In this document: positions 36,143 through 47,745 of the stretch, piece after piece
Numbering within the stretch: the stretch's first letter is position 1
How the letters are laid out: the number at the start of each line of letters is the position of its first letter
DNA from: Mobula hypostoma
Taxonomy: Eukaryota
Assembly (NCBI RefSeq): GCF_963921235.1
Contig: NC_086115.1
Span: forward strand, 48,918,001 to 48,982,000
DNA length: 64,000 bases
Direction: 5' to 3'
Position numbers and translations under genes: made by a program
The notes under the pieces: generated by a model
What the model saw: only the letters and a program-made list of their open reading frames with translations
What the model was told of the DNA's origin: nothing
The model's database searches: none

Positions 36143-36345
36143 AACACGCATAAAAGTTGCTGGTGAACACAGCAGGCCAGGCAGCATCTCTAGGAAGAGG
36201 TACAGTCGTCCTGACGAAGGGTCTCGGCCCGAAACGTCGACTGTACCTCTTCCTAGAGATGCTGTCTGGCCTGCTGTGTTCATCAGCAACTTTTATGTGC
36301 GTTGCTTGAAATTCCAGCATCTGCAGATTTCCTGGTGTTTGCGCG
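36143..36345 (+). mobile_element. Penelope-pLTR-derived palindromic element with a hammerhead core in the loop
   Basis: ~66-bp inverted arms around CTGACGA A GGGTCTCGGCCC GAAAC GTC; flanking duplication taccaccc. Confidence 0.85.
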
Positions 36346-36704
36346 AATAAGTACCACCCTCCGTTTCTGATCATTCCTGTTCATAATTCAGAAAATTGAG
36401 CATTTTTTGCATTCTTAGTAGTACTTCCCAAAACAATCACCCTAGTTAACATGGAAAATTTTGCGAAGAACTTAACAGAAACCCAGTATTCCATGAATTT
36501 AAAACCTGATATTCCCTCAAGTGCAAAATGATTAAAGTTCCTCAGCAGGACATTGAATGCAAAACAACTAAGCAGTTAATGCAGAGTTCCAATTACTCCA
36601 ATTGCATGAAATTAAACATGATTTTTACATCCAAATGAAATGTGACCATTCCGAGAGACAATACAACATTCTGGTCTGAGCAATTAATACATAGGTCTGC
36701 ATAC

Positions 36705-36794
36705 CTTCCTTTCAGTCAGATTTAAAACAGTGATAAATCCAAAAACACCATCTTCATCATCTTCTTCACTACTTTCATCTGAGATTTCAGCTTG
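36705..36794 (-). CDS. BCCIP: BCCIP exon 4
   Basis: aag|QAEISDESSEEDDEDGVFGFITVLNLTERK|gtatg. Confidence 0.94.
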
Positions 36795-37366
36795 CTTAAA
36801 ACAAAAATTCATGTTTCAAAAACCAAAATCAAGGCTTTTAACTACGAAATAGGTTGAACTGTAGTGTACCATTTACAGGTTAATAAATAGCAAATATGTC
36901 AGTACTCAAGGAGTTAAGATTTTACAACAGTTTTATAATCTGAGCTGCAACTATGCTTGAACTGTAATAAAGGATGTCACAAAAGCAAGTTGATGTCAAG
37001 CATGCAATATTAAAAAGGCATAATTTCTGAACATTTACTCCTGAAACGTAAAAAATTGGTTATTTGTCAACCTATTCAAGCAAGGAGGAAATCAAATAGA
37101 ATACAGTAACTTTCGTCATTTATTATTTCAGAAGCAGAATCAGGTTTAATATCAGTGGCATACGTTGTGAAGTTTGTCTTTGCAGCAGGACAATACAATA
37201 TATAATGATAGAGAAAAAACAATTACATAGTTAAAGTGACAAAATTGAAAAGAAATTTTAAAAAAAGTGTGGTGCTCGTGAGTTCATAAACACCACCTAA
37301 ATTCTGCTGAGACATTATAAATAACTTGCTTTCAAATGATAATTACTGTGGTTGATGCCATCTTAC

Positions 37367-37447
37367 CCGAATAACACTTCCAATGTGATTTTGTTGTATA
37401 ATCAAATCAGCTAGCTCAGTGATGTTGACACTGGCCTTGAGAAATAA
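37367..37447 (-). CDS. BCCIP: BCCIP exon 3
   Basis: cag|LFLKASVNITELADLIIQQNHIGSVIR|gtaag; preceded by an 81-nt intron. Confidence 0.94.
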
Positions 37448-37528
37448 CTGTAAGTAACAAAAACAATAGTTGTAAGCATACTTGTACCAACCCACAGACT
37501 TTTATTTCAAAATTGTTTTACAACTTAC

Positions 37529-37603
37529 CTGCTGTAACAATCTCTTGATTCCATCGCAATCTAAGTCAGATATGGTGTGTGCTTCAAAATCTACTTGCAC
37601 TTC
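37529..37603 (-). CDS. BCCIP: BCCIP exon 2
   Basis: cag|EVQVDFEAHTISDLDCDGIKRLLQQ|gtaagt. Confidence 0.94.
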
Positions 37604-37719
37604 CTGCCAAACAGAAATATAGATCAGATTAACATGTGAAATTTGTTGCACTTGTACAAGACAGAAAACAATAAAAATTAAATAGTGCAAAAAAAGGTCG
37701 GGTGAGCTAGTGTCCCTGG

Positions 37720-38520
37720 ACCGTAACTGTGACCACCACGACGGCGAAAGAACGGGCACTTGGCCGCCAGATGCCCCGGACAACAAAAATTAGACATCTG
37801 ATTAAAAATTACAGTCTCGAAACAAGGAGTATATGCCCCGTGGCTGATTAACCGAGAAACCGGGGAGGGGGAAATCAGTCAGAATAAGAGAGCGGTCTGG
37901 TCCCCATTCTAGTACTTGGCCCCTTCCCCAGACGGCACTTTTCTTTCAGCCCCAGTTCACACCCACGCCGGGTACCGGTATGACCGCCCCTCTCCTTACC
38001 CCGACCCCTTGCGCTGCCGCCTGCCCGGCTCCCCATCCTCCTGCAACTTCTCCCCCGTTCCTGTCCACGTGGTTCCGGCTTCACCAGGCCGCCGAGTCCG
38101 ACCCGCGGCTTCTGTCAGCGCCTCACCTCGTGCAGTTCTTCTTCCGAGTCCTCGCCGCTTCCGTCGGAGCCTTGGCCCGACTCGGACTCGGACTCGCTGC
38201 CCGCCGCCTCCCGCAACGCGCGGCGCTTCGCCGCCGACGCCATCTTCCTGCGCTTCCGTCAGCGGAAGTTGATTCAGCCGGGCCTCCCATGGCTGCACAC
38301 AGTCCGTCAACCCATCGCGTTTCTTCCGAAAAAACAAACAATTAGCGAAATAGCTGCTGGTTATGAGCAACGTTAATCTTTAGTGTGACGCTGTTAATGT
38401 CTGGGACGGCCCATCGCCGGCGAACTTCGACCCCTGACTGAACCGGCCTCCAACGTGAGTTACCGCACTCTGCGGTGTCATTGGCGGTGGGCTCACCGTC
38501 CGGAGGAAGATCAGCCAATC
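37720..38520. promoter_or_regulatory. CpG-island bidirectional promoter shared by BCCIP (-) and UROS (+)
   Basis: CpG-dense, GC-rich stretch. YY1-like AAGATGGCG at the BCCIP ATG, ETS-like CGGAAG cores, CCAAT at ~38515, and a candidate donor for a non-coding UROS exon 1 (caac|gtgagt at 38454/38455). The same head-to-head layout is known in human. Confidence 0.8.
38127..38243 (-). CDS. BCCIP: BCCIP coding exon 1
   Basis: aagATGGCG start. Encodes MASAAKRRALREAAGSESESESGQGSDGSGEDSEEELHE, then gtgagg donor. Acidic N-terminus inside the CpG island. Confidence 0.92.
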
Positions 38521-39498
38521 AGGGGAAGGGTCACAGTGGGGGCTCAGTGGGGGGCAGAAATTGAGGGGCAAATAGGACAAATGTGGGCAGAATTATTGAG
38601 GGGCAACCAACTAATTGTTTGGGATGGGGGTGGGGGAGAGAATAATTGAGCAATCAAAACCAGTGGGAGCAATCAACTGGATCTTTGACTGACTGTCTAA
38701 CAAACCTCAGTAAGGATAGGCAATAACTCCTCCACCACGATTGTTCTCAACACTTGGCATCCTCAGTTCCCACTCTCCTGTCTGTTTACTCATGACTGCT
38801 GGCCAGATTCTGCTCTAGGGAAGGCAGAATCATTGAAGGCCAACTGTAAACAGTGGTGAGAGAATCATGCAGGTTATGAGACTAGAGGTGTGGTCAGTGG
38901 GGCAAACAGCCACTGCTATCAAGATTAGTGTCTTTCACAAACGTAGGTGATGGAGTCAGTGAGCAACACAAATTCAGAGAGATAGAATGAGGAATAGGAT
39001 CAATGGGGCTGATTGAGAGCTAAACTCAACCAACGAGGGAGGGGCAGACAGTGGGAGGCAAACATGCAGTGACACAAATAGAGAGGAAACAAATCAGTGA
39101 GTGGCTTTAGAGAAATAGAACTAGTCAGGAATAAAGATAATAGAACCATAGAACACTACAGCACAGAAACAGGCCTTTTGGCCCTTCTTGGCTCTGCCAA
39201 ACCATTTTTCTGCCTCGTCCCACTGACCTGCACCGGGACCATATCCCCTCTCATCCATGTACCAGTCCAAGTTTTTCTTAAATGTTAATAGTGAGCCCGC
39301 ATTTACCACTTCATCTGGCAGCTTATTCCACATTCCCACCACTCTCTGTGTGAAGCCCCCCCCCACCCACCCCAATGTTCCCTTTAAACTTTATAATGTG
39401 ATAGAATAAGATCAACAAGTAGCTGAGAGAATGATTAAGAGATACTAATGTGATAGGATAATAAGGCCATCAGACATAGGAGCAGAATTAGGCCATTT

Positions 39499-40114
39499 CC
39501 GACATCCCACCCTGCAAAAACTCATTTCAGGGAGGTAGCACCATCAATTTGCGGGAGATTCCCGGAACTTCCAGGCGAGGTGGGATGTCTGCAATAGAGT
39601 AGCTCCTTACCAGCTAGCCAGCTAGTTTAAATAACATTAGCTATGCTAATGAATGAATGACACCTGTTAAACTCACCTCAACATGTCTTTTACAGTCCTA
39701 ACCCACCATGGGCAATAGAAAAGTCACTGTTGCAAACAGTGCAGCGAGCAACACTGTCATTATTTTTGACCCCTATTAGGCAGGGTTACACTTTAGGGTA
39801 GTCTGGGGTGACGTATGTTTTATATTTTCTTTTTTTGAAACACTCTCCCATGGCGCGCTTTCTCTCTCTATCTCTCTCTCTCTCTCTCTCACACGCACGT
39901 GCACTCACTTTCTTGCTCTCTCTCGTGATCACTCTCGCGCTCGCTCTCTCTAGCACGCTTTCTCGCTGTCTCTCACTCTCTCTCTTGCTCTCTCTCGCTC
40001 ACTCGATCTCAAAACAATTGATTTCCGAGACATTGTATATAATTTGTGGGCATCAGGGAGCCACTATTAATAAGCGGGAGACTCCCGGAACTTCTGGGAG
40101 AGGTAGGACGTCTG
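39499..40114. mobile_element. TIR DNA-transposon-like element inserted in a CR1 3' remnant
   Basis: Ends ccgacatcccacc/ggtaggacgtctg; the right end is repeated internally at ~39553-39591; flanking ccattt duplication; internal (CT)n. Confidence 0.65.
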
Positions 40115-40709
40115 CCATTTGGCCCATCGGGGCCCTCAATCCCACTCCCCAGCCTTCTCCCTATAACCTTTGATGTCATGGCCAATCAAAAACCTATCAA
40201 GCTCTGCCTTAATTACACCCAATGACCTGGCCTCCACAGCTGCCTGTGGTAATAAATTCCACAAATTCACCACCCTCTGGCTAAAGAAATTTCTCTGCAT
40301 CTCTGTTTTAAATGGACACCCCTCTATCCTGAGGCTGTGCCCCCTTGTCCTAGACTTTCCTACCATGGGAAACATCCTTTCCACACTTACTCTGTCTAGG
40401 CCTTTCAAGATTACTCCCCTCATCCTTCTAAATTCCAGCGAGTACAGTGATAATAGATAATAAGTGAAAGATAAAGGCACAAAGAGAATGTCAGGTACAT
40501 TTAAAGTAACTAGGACAGTGAACGACACACGAGCAGAACAGTAAGCAGAGAGCTTTCTATACAGTGATACAAAGGATGTGTGTAGAATGATTGCAGCTGG
40601 AATCAGTATACTCTGATATGAAGGAACAAAATGTAAGTGAAACTCATACTGAATGACATGAAGAAATATTTGCAGAATGCTATTTTGAAAGGGTGGTATA
40701 ATATGACAG

Positions 40710-41060
40710 GAGGTGTAAGGCACCCCTTCCCTCCACTAGCCTACAGATCACCTTTGGCCAGCGTGTAGCACCTGCTTAGCACCGCCCCCTTCAATCAGGT
40801 GAAGCCACGGGAGCAGGTGGTGGATGGTCATATGAACAGCTGGTGCATATCACAACTCCTGGTTATGCCACCACTGACGCCGGGCAGATAATCTCTGAAA
40901 AGTATTGACAATGTCTGGGGGTCACCCGTCTTGTAAAGAGCTGCCCAGAAGAAGGCAATGGCAAATCAATTCTGGAGAAAAAATTTGCCAGGAAAAATCA
41001 TGGTTATGGAAAGACCATGATCGCCTACGACATACGAGGCGGCACATAATGAACGATCGA
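40710..41060 (+). mobile_element. Short interspersed repeat with an RTE-like 3' end (second copy ~49590-49895)
   Basis: Two similar copies in the window; gaaggcaatggcaaa motif. Confidence 0.6.
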
Positions 41061-41456
41061 ATATGAGAGAATAGAACTGCTGAAACACTTTCTGGATGGC
41101 AGGTGGAATGTAGACATCATGAGCCAGTGATGGGCTGCTAGGCTGCTAAATATTGATCCTTGTAGGTTTATTTGTTGGAAAGGTTGAGAATTATTTTTTT
41201 TGATACACTTAATCAGTCAAGTTGGGGGGAAAATATTTAAGTTCATGCAGTCAACACAGTATACCATCTTCCACAACAGCTCAATATATCCTTCCATGTG
41301 TTCTCTGAATCATGTGAGCACTTAGTGATTGAGAATTGTTCAGACTTTGAATCCACATTTTGAGGATTTGTGGGGTGGGGGTGTAGAGGGAGGAGGGGGA
41401 GTTTTAAATTAATGAATTGTGGCTGTGAGAAACAGAAGCTCTGTGACGAAGGGGGT

Positions 41457-41732
41457 AAATTTATGTATTAAGATACAACGTGAAATAGGCCTTTGAGCCG
41501 CACCACACAGTAATCCCCCGTTAATCCCAGCCTAATCACGGGACAGTTTACAATGACCAATTAACCTGCCAACCAGTACGTCTTTGGACGGTGGGAAGAA
41601 ACCGGAGCACCCGGAAGAAACCCACGTGGTCACGGGGAGAGCATACAAACACTTAGAGACTGCGGTAGGAATTGAACCTGGGTCGTCAGTACTGTAAAGC
41701 ATTGTGCTAACCACTACACTACTGTGCTGCCC
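41457..41732 (-). mobile_element. V-SINE/HE1-like SINE (other copies at ~1985-2240 -, 10960-11100 -, 28278-28530 +, 61377-61640 +)
   Basis: tRNA-like head with A/B boxes and the central gtgggtttc..ccgggtgctccggtttc..cccac..tccaaagac domain. Confidence 0.82.
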
Positions 41733-42142
41733 GAATGAGGATAATGACAATGTAAGATCACCAATAAAAAATCATTTTATATATAATTGAACCCTAGAGA
41801 ATCAGTGAATAAATGAACTGTTTACAATAGTACAAAATGGTACAGAGGAGAAGTTACAGAAACTGAAGAAGCACTCTTAGTCTCAACCTTTAAGGCTTAT
41901 CTTCCAAAACATTTGTTATAATTGGGTGGTTTCATGACTGCAAGGATATGACAGTGGTTCGAGTTAAACCGTTGGAAGTGGTTATCTATTTATTAAAAAG
42001 GGTGTTGCTACAAAGAAGGCATCGATGACTATTTGGCACAATGCTATCTCGGTATTAGGAAAACAATTCTGAAAATTTTGTGCTCCATGCAGTTCCAGTT
42101 ATTTGCAATCTCATTCTTAGCACTGTGAAGAAAGTGTGAGAA

Positions 42143-42205
42143 ATGAAAGTCCTTTTGCTTAAAGATCCTAAGGAAGGAGAATTGGGACCTGATCCATATG
42201 TTCAG
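42143..42205 (+). CDS. UROS: UROS (uroporphyrinogen-III synthase) first coding exon
   Basis: Acceptor cttag at 42120; encodes MKVLLLKDPKEGELGPDPYVQ|gtaag. Confidence 0.94.
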
Positions 42206-42441
42206 GTAAGTTCCCTGAACTAATTTTATTTTTACATTATTGTATATCATTTAGTTGCAACTGTTTTTGTGTGTGATGACAAAAAAAACCTTGAAATGTC
42301 AATCAGTATAACACAGACTTTATCGTAGACATTTTTGGCTGAAGATTTTATGTGAATATACTGGATCAATACTTTATAGTTTCCTATGAAAAGAAATTAA
42401 TATTTTTCTAATATATCCCAATTTGGACTTTTTGTTATCAG

Positions 42442-42525
42442 GAATTTGCTTCACGTGGCCTTCAAGCAACTTTAATTCCTGTTCTATCATTTGAATTTAT
42501 ATCACTTCAAGACTTATCAAGAAAG
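42442..42525 (+). CDS. UROS: UROS coding exon 2
   Basis: cag|EFASRGLQATLIPVLSFEFISLQDLSRK|gtaaa. Confidence 0.95.
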
Positions 42526-43609
42526 GTAAAAAGAGAAATGAAATAGTAAATGCTTAGAAAATTGGTTCTGTACTTTTTGTTAGACAGTGAGATGAAAACC
42601 TGTGCCTGTAAAGACATCCGAATTATGCCACAGAATATACGAGGACTGATGTTCTGTGACTCTGGTGGTTGAGAATTTTATACTGGAGTTTGCAACTGAG
42701 AAAAATATTTTTAAGTGGCAATATAATTCAGTCGTAAGGAAGTGAGTAGATTATAATAGGTACAGAAAAAGCAGGGAGTTATCATGTCTGAGTTAACATT
42801 TAGGAAAAAGTAAGAAAGACTGTAATGTGAAATGAGATGTTTATTAAGTGCAAGCAGTTCACCACTGTAACATTATTATAATAAGAGTAAGCCCTGAAAT
42901 AAATGTAAGATTTAATGGATGCATCTTCTGATACTTTAAATTATTAAGCTACAGATTCCTAAAGATCATCAGATCACCATTGTATATGGCTGAACCACCA
43001 ACAACATCAGACCCTGCTCTCATCTGGCAAAACTGTTTGCTGTTCTAAGATGTTCTTGGCTGCAAAGATAACATCCAGCTTCTTTTGTAACCAGTCTTCT
43101 GTGTCTCCTTTACGTTCAACACCAATTACAAGTGTAAGGAATTCATGTCACAATGATTTGATATCCAATTTATTGCCTCTGTCACTTCTCTTCATTGTTC
43201 TTAAATGCACTAGAACAACTTCCTAATGCTTGGTTGACCCTAATTCCAATCATGTATATTTTTCCAATTACCCCATGTTCAAAATTATCTACTTCACGAG
43301 GCCCAGTTCAAAGGTTCATTTTTTTGTCAAAGTATGCATGTACATACAACTCTGATATTTGTCTTCTCCAGATATCCATGAGGTACAGAAAGACCATACA
43401 TCAACTACCCCTGCAGGAAAAAGAAACAAAGCTCGCAGACCTCAAAATACCCCACCCCCTCCCTGCAGAAAAAAGGTAGCAACAATAGCAACCAATTCCC
43501 AACCCCACCCCCGCAGAAAAAAAACAGTGGCAATAACAATCCCCAACCCTCTCACTCGCAAATAAGAACAGCAACAGTAGGATCAAAATCCCCAACACCA
43601 CTCTGCCTT

Positions 43610-43612
<3 letters not shown>

Positions 43613-43649
<37 letters not shown>
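43613..43649. repeat. (CA)n microsatellite
   Basis: About 18 CA units. Confidence 0.95.
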
Positions 43650-43653
<4 letters not shown>

Positions 43654-45800
43654 AGCCAGAAGAAAGAAAATGCTGAAAAACCAAAGCAGACCAATATAAA
43701 GTACAGTGCAATTGCATAAATCTCAGGACATCGAACAGCGTGACTCAGAACTCACGCCTGGTCTGAATGTCCCAGTGCTCCCACGTGGGAGCAATCGCTG
43801 ACCCGCTCTGCATTTGCCATAGTGGTCTCCATTGGGAACTATTACTGACCGGGTCTGATTGCCGCCAACCTGGTTGGTGGCTTCCATTGCGAGCGACCGC
43901 GGACTCCCTCCGCATTCACGTCGATGCTTCAATCTTCCTCGCCGCTTCAAGATGGAGTCATAAATGACCCCGCGTCCCGTCTCCGGTCTTTTCCACAAGT
44001 CAGTTCGTGTTCTCGGTCCTTTTCGGATCCTGGTCTCTGATCTCCACGAGGCAGCTCTGCGGACACAGCAGAACACTAGGTCGTTTGATCGAGTTCCAAA
44101 CTGCACGCCACGGGCTCCAACAGTTTCCATAACACAAACAAGACAAAAAGAACAAGCAGAAGGATGGAAAAAGTGAAATAACTTAAGAGATTTAGGTACT
44201 CATTACCCTCCATGTAAAGAAGTTGCCTCTGAGATCTCTTCTAAATGTCTCTGCTCGTTTTGAACTTCCCTTTTCCAACCTGGGGAAAAGGCTAATTCTT
44301 GTAGTTATATTACTTCTCTTTCTAAAGTGTACTGTTTGTTTATATTGTTAATGGCACCGTTTCCTTCTGTTCATGATCACCTACATCATACGACACAGCA
44401 CATAACGAACAAACTATTTCCTCAGCTACTGCCAGCCTTTCAGTCAAACCGATTGTCATGTGATCACTCAATAAAAAAGACTATGATCTATCCATCATTG
44501 CAAACTGTCCTCCCCAAATCAGTTTTTACCTTCCAAATGTATGGAGATATTTTCTGCTGTTCCTGTCACTGTCTCTATTCCTTGGCTGCTGAATCTGAGC
44601 CCCTTCTTAGAGACCATCATACTTAACAGTGAGCTGAGGTTCAGGCACTAATTGGGCTATCACCTCGATCATCTCTACGTCTTACTTTGAACTTCCACGT
44701 CCAATTCTCAGTAACTTTAATGTTATCCAAAAAAGCTTCGCTACCTGCGCCATAACTTGCTGTTCACTTATTAACTTTGTACAAATTGACCTTCATTGGC
44801 AACTAATTAGCAAAGCTGCAAATTTAGTAATCTCTCTATAGCCTTGGTCTTTCCTTTCTGTTTTACTCCTATAACCCTCCAACCAGTCTGTGGTCTCTTC
44901 TTCTCTGACCGCTAGAATGTCCATGCACTAATTAATTTAATATTGGCAGCTACACCTTCAGTTGCCAAATCCTTTAAGTTCTGATATTTGCTCTGTAACT
45001 CCCCCCACCTCTCTACTTCCACCCACCTAATTTTCTCCTTGAAAATGCTCCAAAAGTCTCCTCTTTGACCACATGTCTGTTCATCAGCAATGATTACTTT
45101 CGAACAAATGAAGCAGTTCAGAGACTAAGTACATGGGGGGGGGCGGGGTGGAGGGAAGGGGTTGACACTGTATAACGTGCTCTCCAGAAGTAGCAAGATC
45201 CTAAGTCGATGAAAATGCGTTAGATCCTTTACTGAGGAATCAGCAAATATGAACTATCTTGTAACGATAAAACTAATGAAAGTAAGACTAGCAATATAAT
45301 GAGATTAACAGTCCAAGCATATTCAAATGTATTTAAGCCAAGCATTCTTAAAATATTTAAATGATAAATGAAATGGTCAACAAAAAAGCGTCATTCCTAG
45401 CTGCCTCTAACTCTAACCTGACTAAAAGCTGAGCTAAGAAAAAGCATAAATACATAACTATACTCTCCACTTCTATCACGCCCGACCCACGTGACAAATT
45501 AGCCATAATAAATGCACAATACAAAATACAATACAGACAGACATAAAATAGATACCAGGCTCCTGCACACCCATCTGTAAATATCTTCTTGGATACTTCA
45601 GCATCTATTTTTGATTTCCACTCTTTGAAGCACCTTAGAACGATTAAAAGGGTTATATTAATGAAAGCTGGTTTTGGTGTGAAACTCTGGCTTAAGTTTT
45701 TTTTGAAGTTCATCCCTGTGAGTATTGAGTTAAATTTGCACGTGGCCATGTACAAACAATGGATATGTTACAATTTGTTTGGGAAATACAATCAGTCATT

Positions 45801-45978
45801 CCCCCTCCAACTTTCAAATCCCTTACTCACTCTTCCTTCAGTTAGTCCTGACGAAGGGTCTCGGCCTGAAACGTCGACTGCACCTCTTCCTAGAGATGCT
45901 GCCTGGCCTGCTGCGTTCACCAGCAACTTTGATGTGTGTTGCTTGAATTTCCAGCATCTGCAGAATTTCTGTTGTTTG
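45801..45978 (+). mobile_element. Penelope pLTR fragment
   Basis: 8-bp TSD cagtcatt (45793-45800 and 45979-45986). Confidence 0.85.
45843..45880 (+). ncRNA. Minimal type-I hammerhead ribozyme motif (Penelope type)
   Basis: Stem I UAGUC/GACUG; core CUGACGA plus an extra A; stem II GGGU-CUCG-GCCU; GAAAC; GUC cleavage triplet ending at 45875; loop-less palindromic stem III ACGU. Confidence 0.7.
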
Positions 45979-46681
45979 CAGTCATTTCAGGATGTTGTTT
46001 TAAAATTCCACTGAAAACAATTCTTCACTGAACTTACTTCTTTTCTCATTTATGTTTATTTTAATAATGATCATTGTTATGCACTTTATTGGAGCTGTAT
46101 GGTGCTTAAATACTCATCATCCACGGATAACTGGGAACGTCGGAAAGGGTTAGCAAATAAAAGCTCATTGGACGGTTAAGCTCAAATCATTTGGACATCA
46201 ATATTTGAGTATTTACAATATGTGGTAAAATAAGAAGTAAGCATAAATGAATATTTTTGTGTTTAGCGACAGAATCGTGATAAATGCTTAAAAAATAAAA
46301 TGTACAGATATTTACAGTATTTGTTTTAGTATATGAAAGTAGTTTTCCTCAAAAACTAGTGTATGTCACTGGTCTTTGAGACAATAGCTGGTTTATAAGT
46401 TCTGGGTAAATGTTATGCAGAATTATTGCATCCAAGCAAGATATTAGTCTTGGAATAACTCATAAGATGGAGTTGAGATTTACTACAGAAAATAATGTCA
46501 ATTAAGTGCAATATTTGATTTAACAAAAAGTTATTCTGAAAGGTTTGCATAATACTTGGTTCACATAAAATTCACATTAGAATATTTATAGTCATGTTGC
46601 AATAGGTACTAGAATTGTACTTCCTGCACTGTTAAGAAATTAATTATGCAATTACTCATTTTCATTCTCCTTTGCATGTAG

Positions 46682-46778
46682 CTTGCACACCCTGAAGCTT
46701 ATGGTGGGCTGATATTTCCCAGCCCCAGAGCAGTGGATGCTGTGAAGTTATGTTTGGCAGAAAAAGAGATTAGCGAAG
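46682..46778 (+). CDS. UROS: UROS coding exon 3
   Basis: tag|[33 protein letters not shown]|gtgagt. Confidence 0.95.
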
Positions 46779-47422
46779 GTGAGTAAATTTTTAAACTCTT
46801 ATAACACATTTAATTATGAAGCATTATCTTTTCCCTGGAGATAAAATGAGTACTATTATAAAAATGAATAAAATTTAATTTCTTGTATTTTAATTACACT
46901 AATTACATATTATATATTTTTCTCAAGTTCTTTATCTTGGTTTAATCCATCATAATATGGAAATTGTATAAATTATCATCACAGAATCCATCCATCCATC
47001 CTGTGTGACAATTCCAAATTATGAGCATTTAAATCTCCTCTTATTCTTTGTTAAGGAGACCAACTCTTGCTTTATCAGTCCCTTCACATAAAGTGAAGCA
47101 CTTCATCCATTTAACCATTCCTGTAAATCTCATCTGTGTGCTTTTTAATGCCTTACCATTAATAATTGTTTACTCAGCTATAAATATTACTGACTAGTTT
47201 GATTTGCTTTTGAATCAGGAATATAAGTTAGTCAAGAATATCTGGGACATTTAAGTTCTTTTTAATTTCTAAAAATCAAAGGTAAAGTAGATTTATTTAT
47301 TATCAAAGTACGTATATGTTACCATATAGAACCCTGAGATTTATCTTCTTGCAGGCATGCAGGAAAATAAAGAAATGATAAATAAATTTACTTTGACTTT
47401 GATTTTTATAATTTATGAAAAA

Positions 47423-47745
47423 TAAAATAAAACTAAAGGCATCCGTTAGTCTTGCGATACCGTGGATCTGTGCCTGGAAAGTCTTCACTCTCCAGGGCGC
47501 AGGTCTGGGCAAGGTTGTATGGAAGACCAGCAGTAGCCCATGCTGCAAGTCTACCCTCTCCATGACACCAATGTTGTCCCAGGGAAGGGCATTAGGACCT
47601 ATAAGGCTTGGCACCAGTGTCGTCGCAGAGCAATGTGTGATTGAGTGCCTTGCTCAAGGACACAACACGTTCCCTCGGCTGGGGCTCGAACTCACGACCT
47701 TCAGATCGCTAGTCGAACGCCTTAACCACTTGGCCACGTGCCCAC
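47423..47745 (-). mobile_element. Young tRNA-derived SINE
   Basis: A box tggccaagtgg, B box gagttcgagcc; 13-bp TSD aatttatgaaaaa. Confidence 0.87.

Noticed and set aside
36143-36345. Palindromes as CRISPR repeats, ordinary DNA MITEs or bona fide miRNA genes
   Set aside because: Eukaryotic locus with no repeat-spacer array. Variable TSD lengths, a one-sided tail and similarity to Penelope pLTR sequence indicate retroelement origin; there is no expression evidence for a miRNA call.
37875-38649. Several overlapping 60-124 aa ORFs in the CpG island
   Set aside because: These arise from stop-poor GC-rich sequence. The real BCCIP exon 1 (38127-38243) is in a frame not listed in the track.
39808-40173. 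121-aa SLSLSL-rich ORF and the VCVCVC ORF at 43401-43694
   Set aside because: Translations of (CT)n and (CA)n microsatellites.
47670-47745. tRNA-like sequences here and at 11301, 28278, 41660-41732 and 61377
   Set aside because: They are SINE heads: they continue into SINE bodies, some have TSDs, and none forms a complete cloverleaf.
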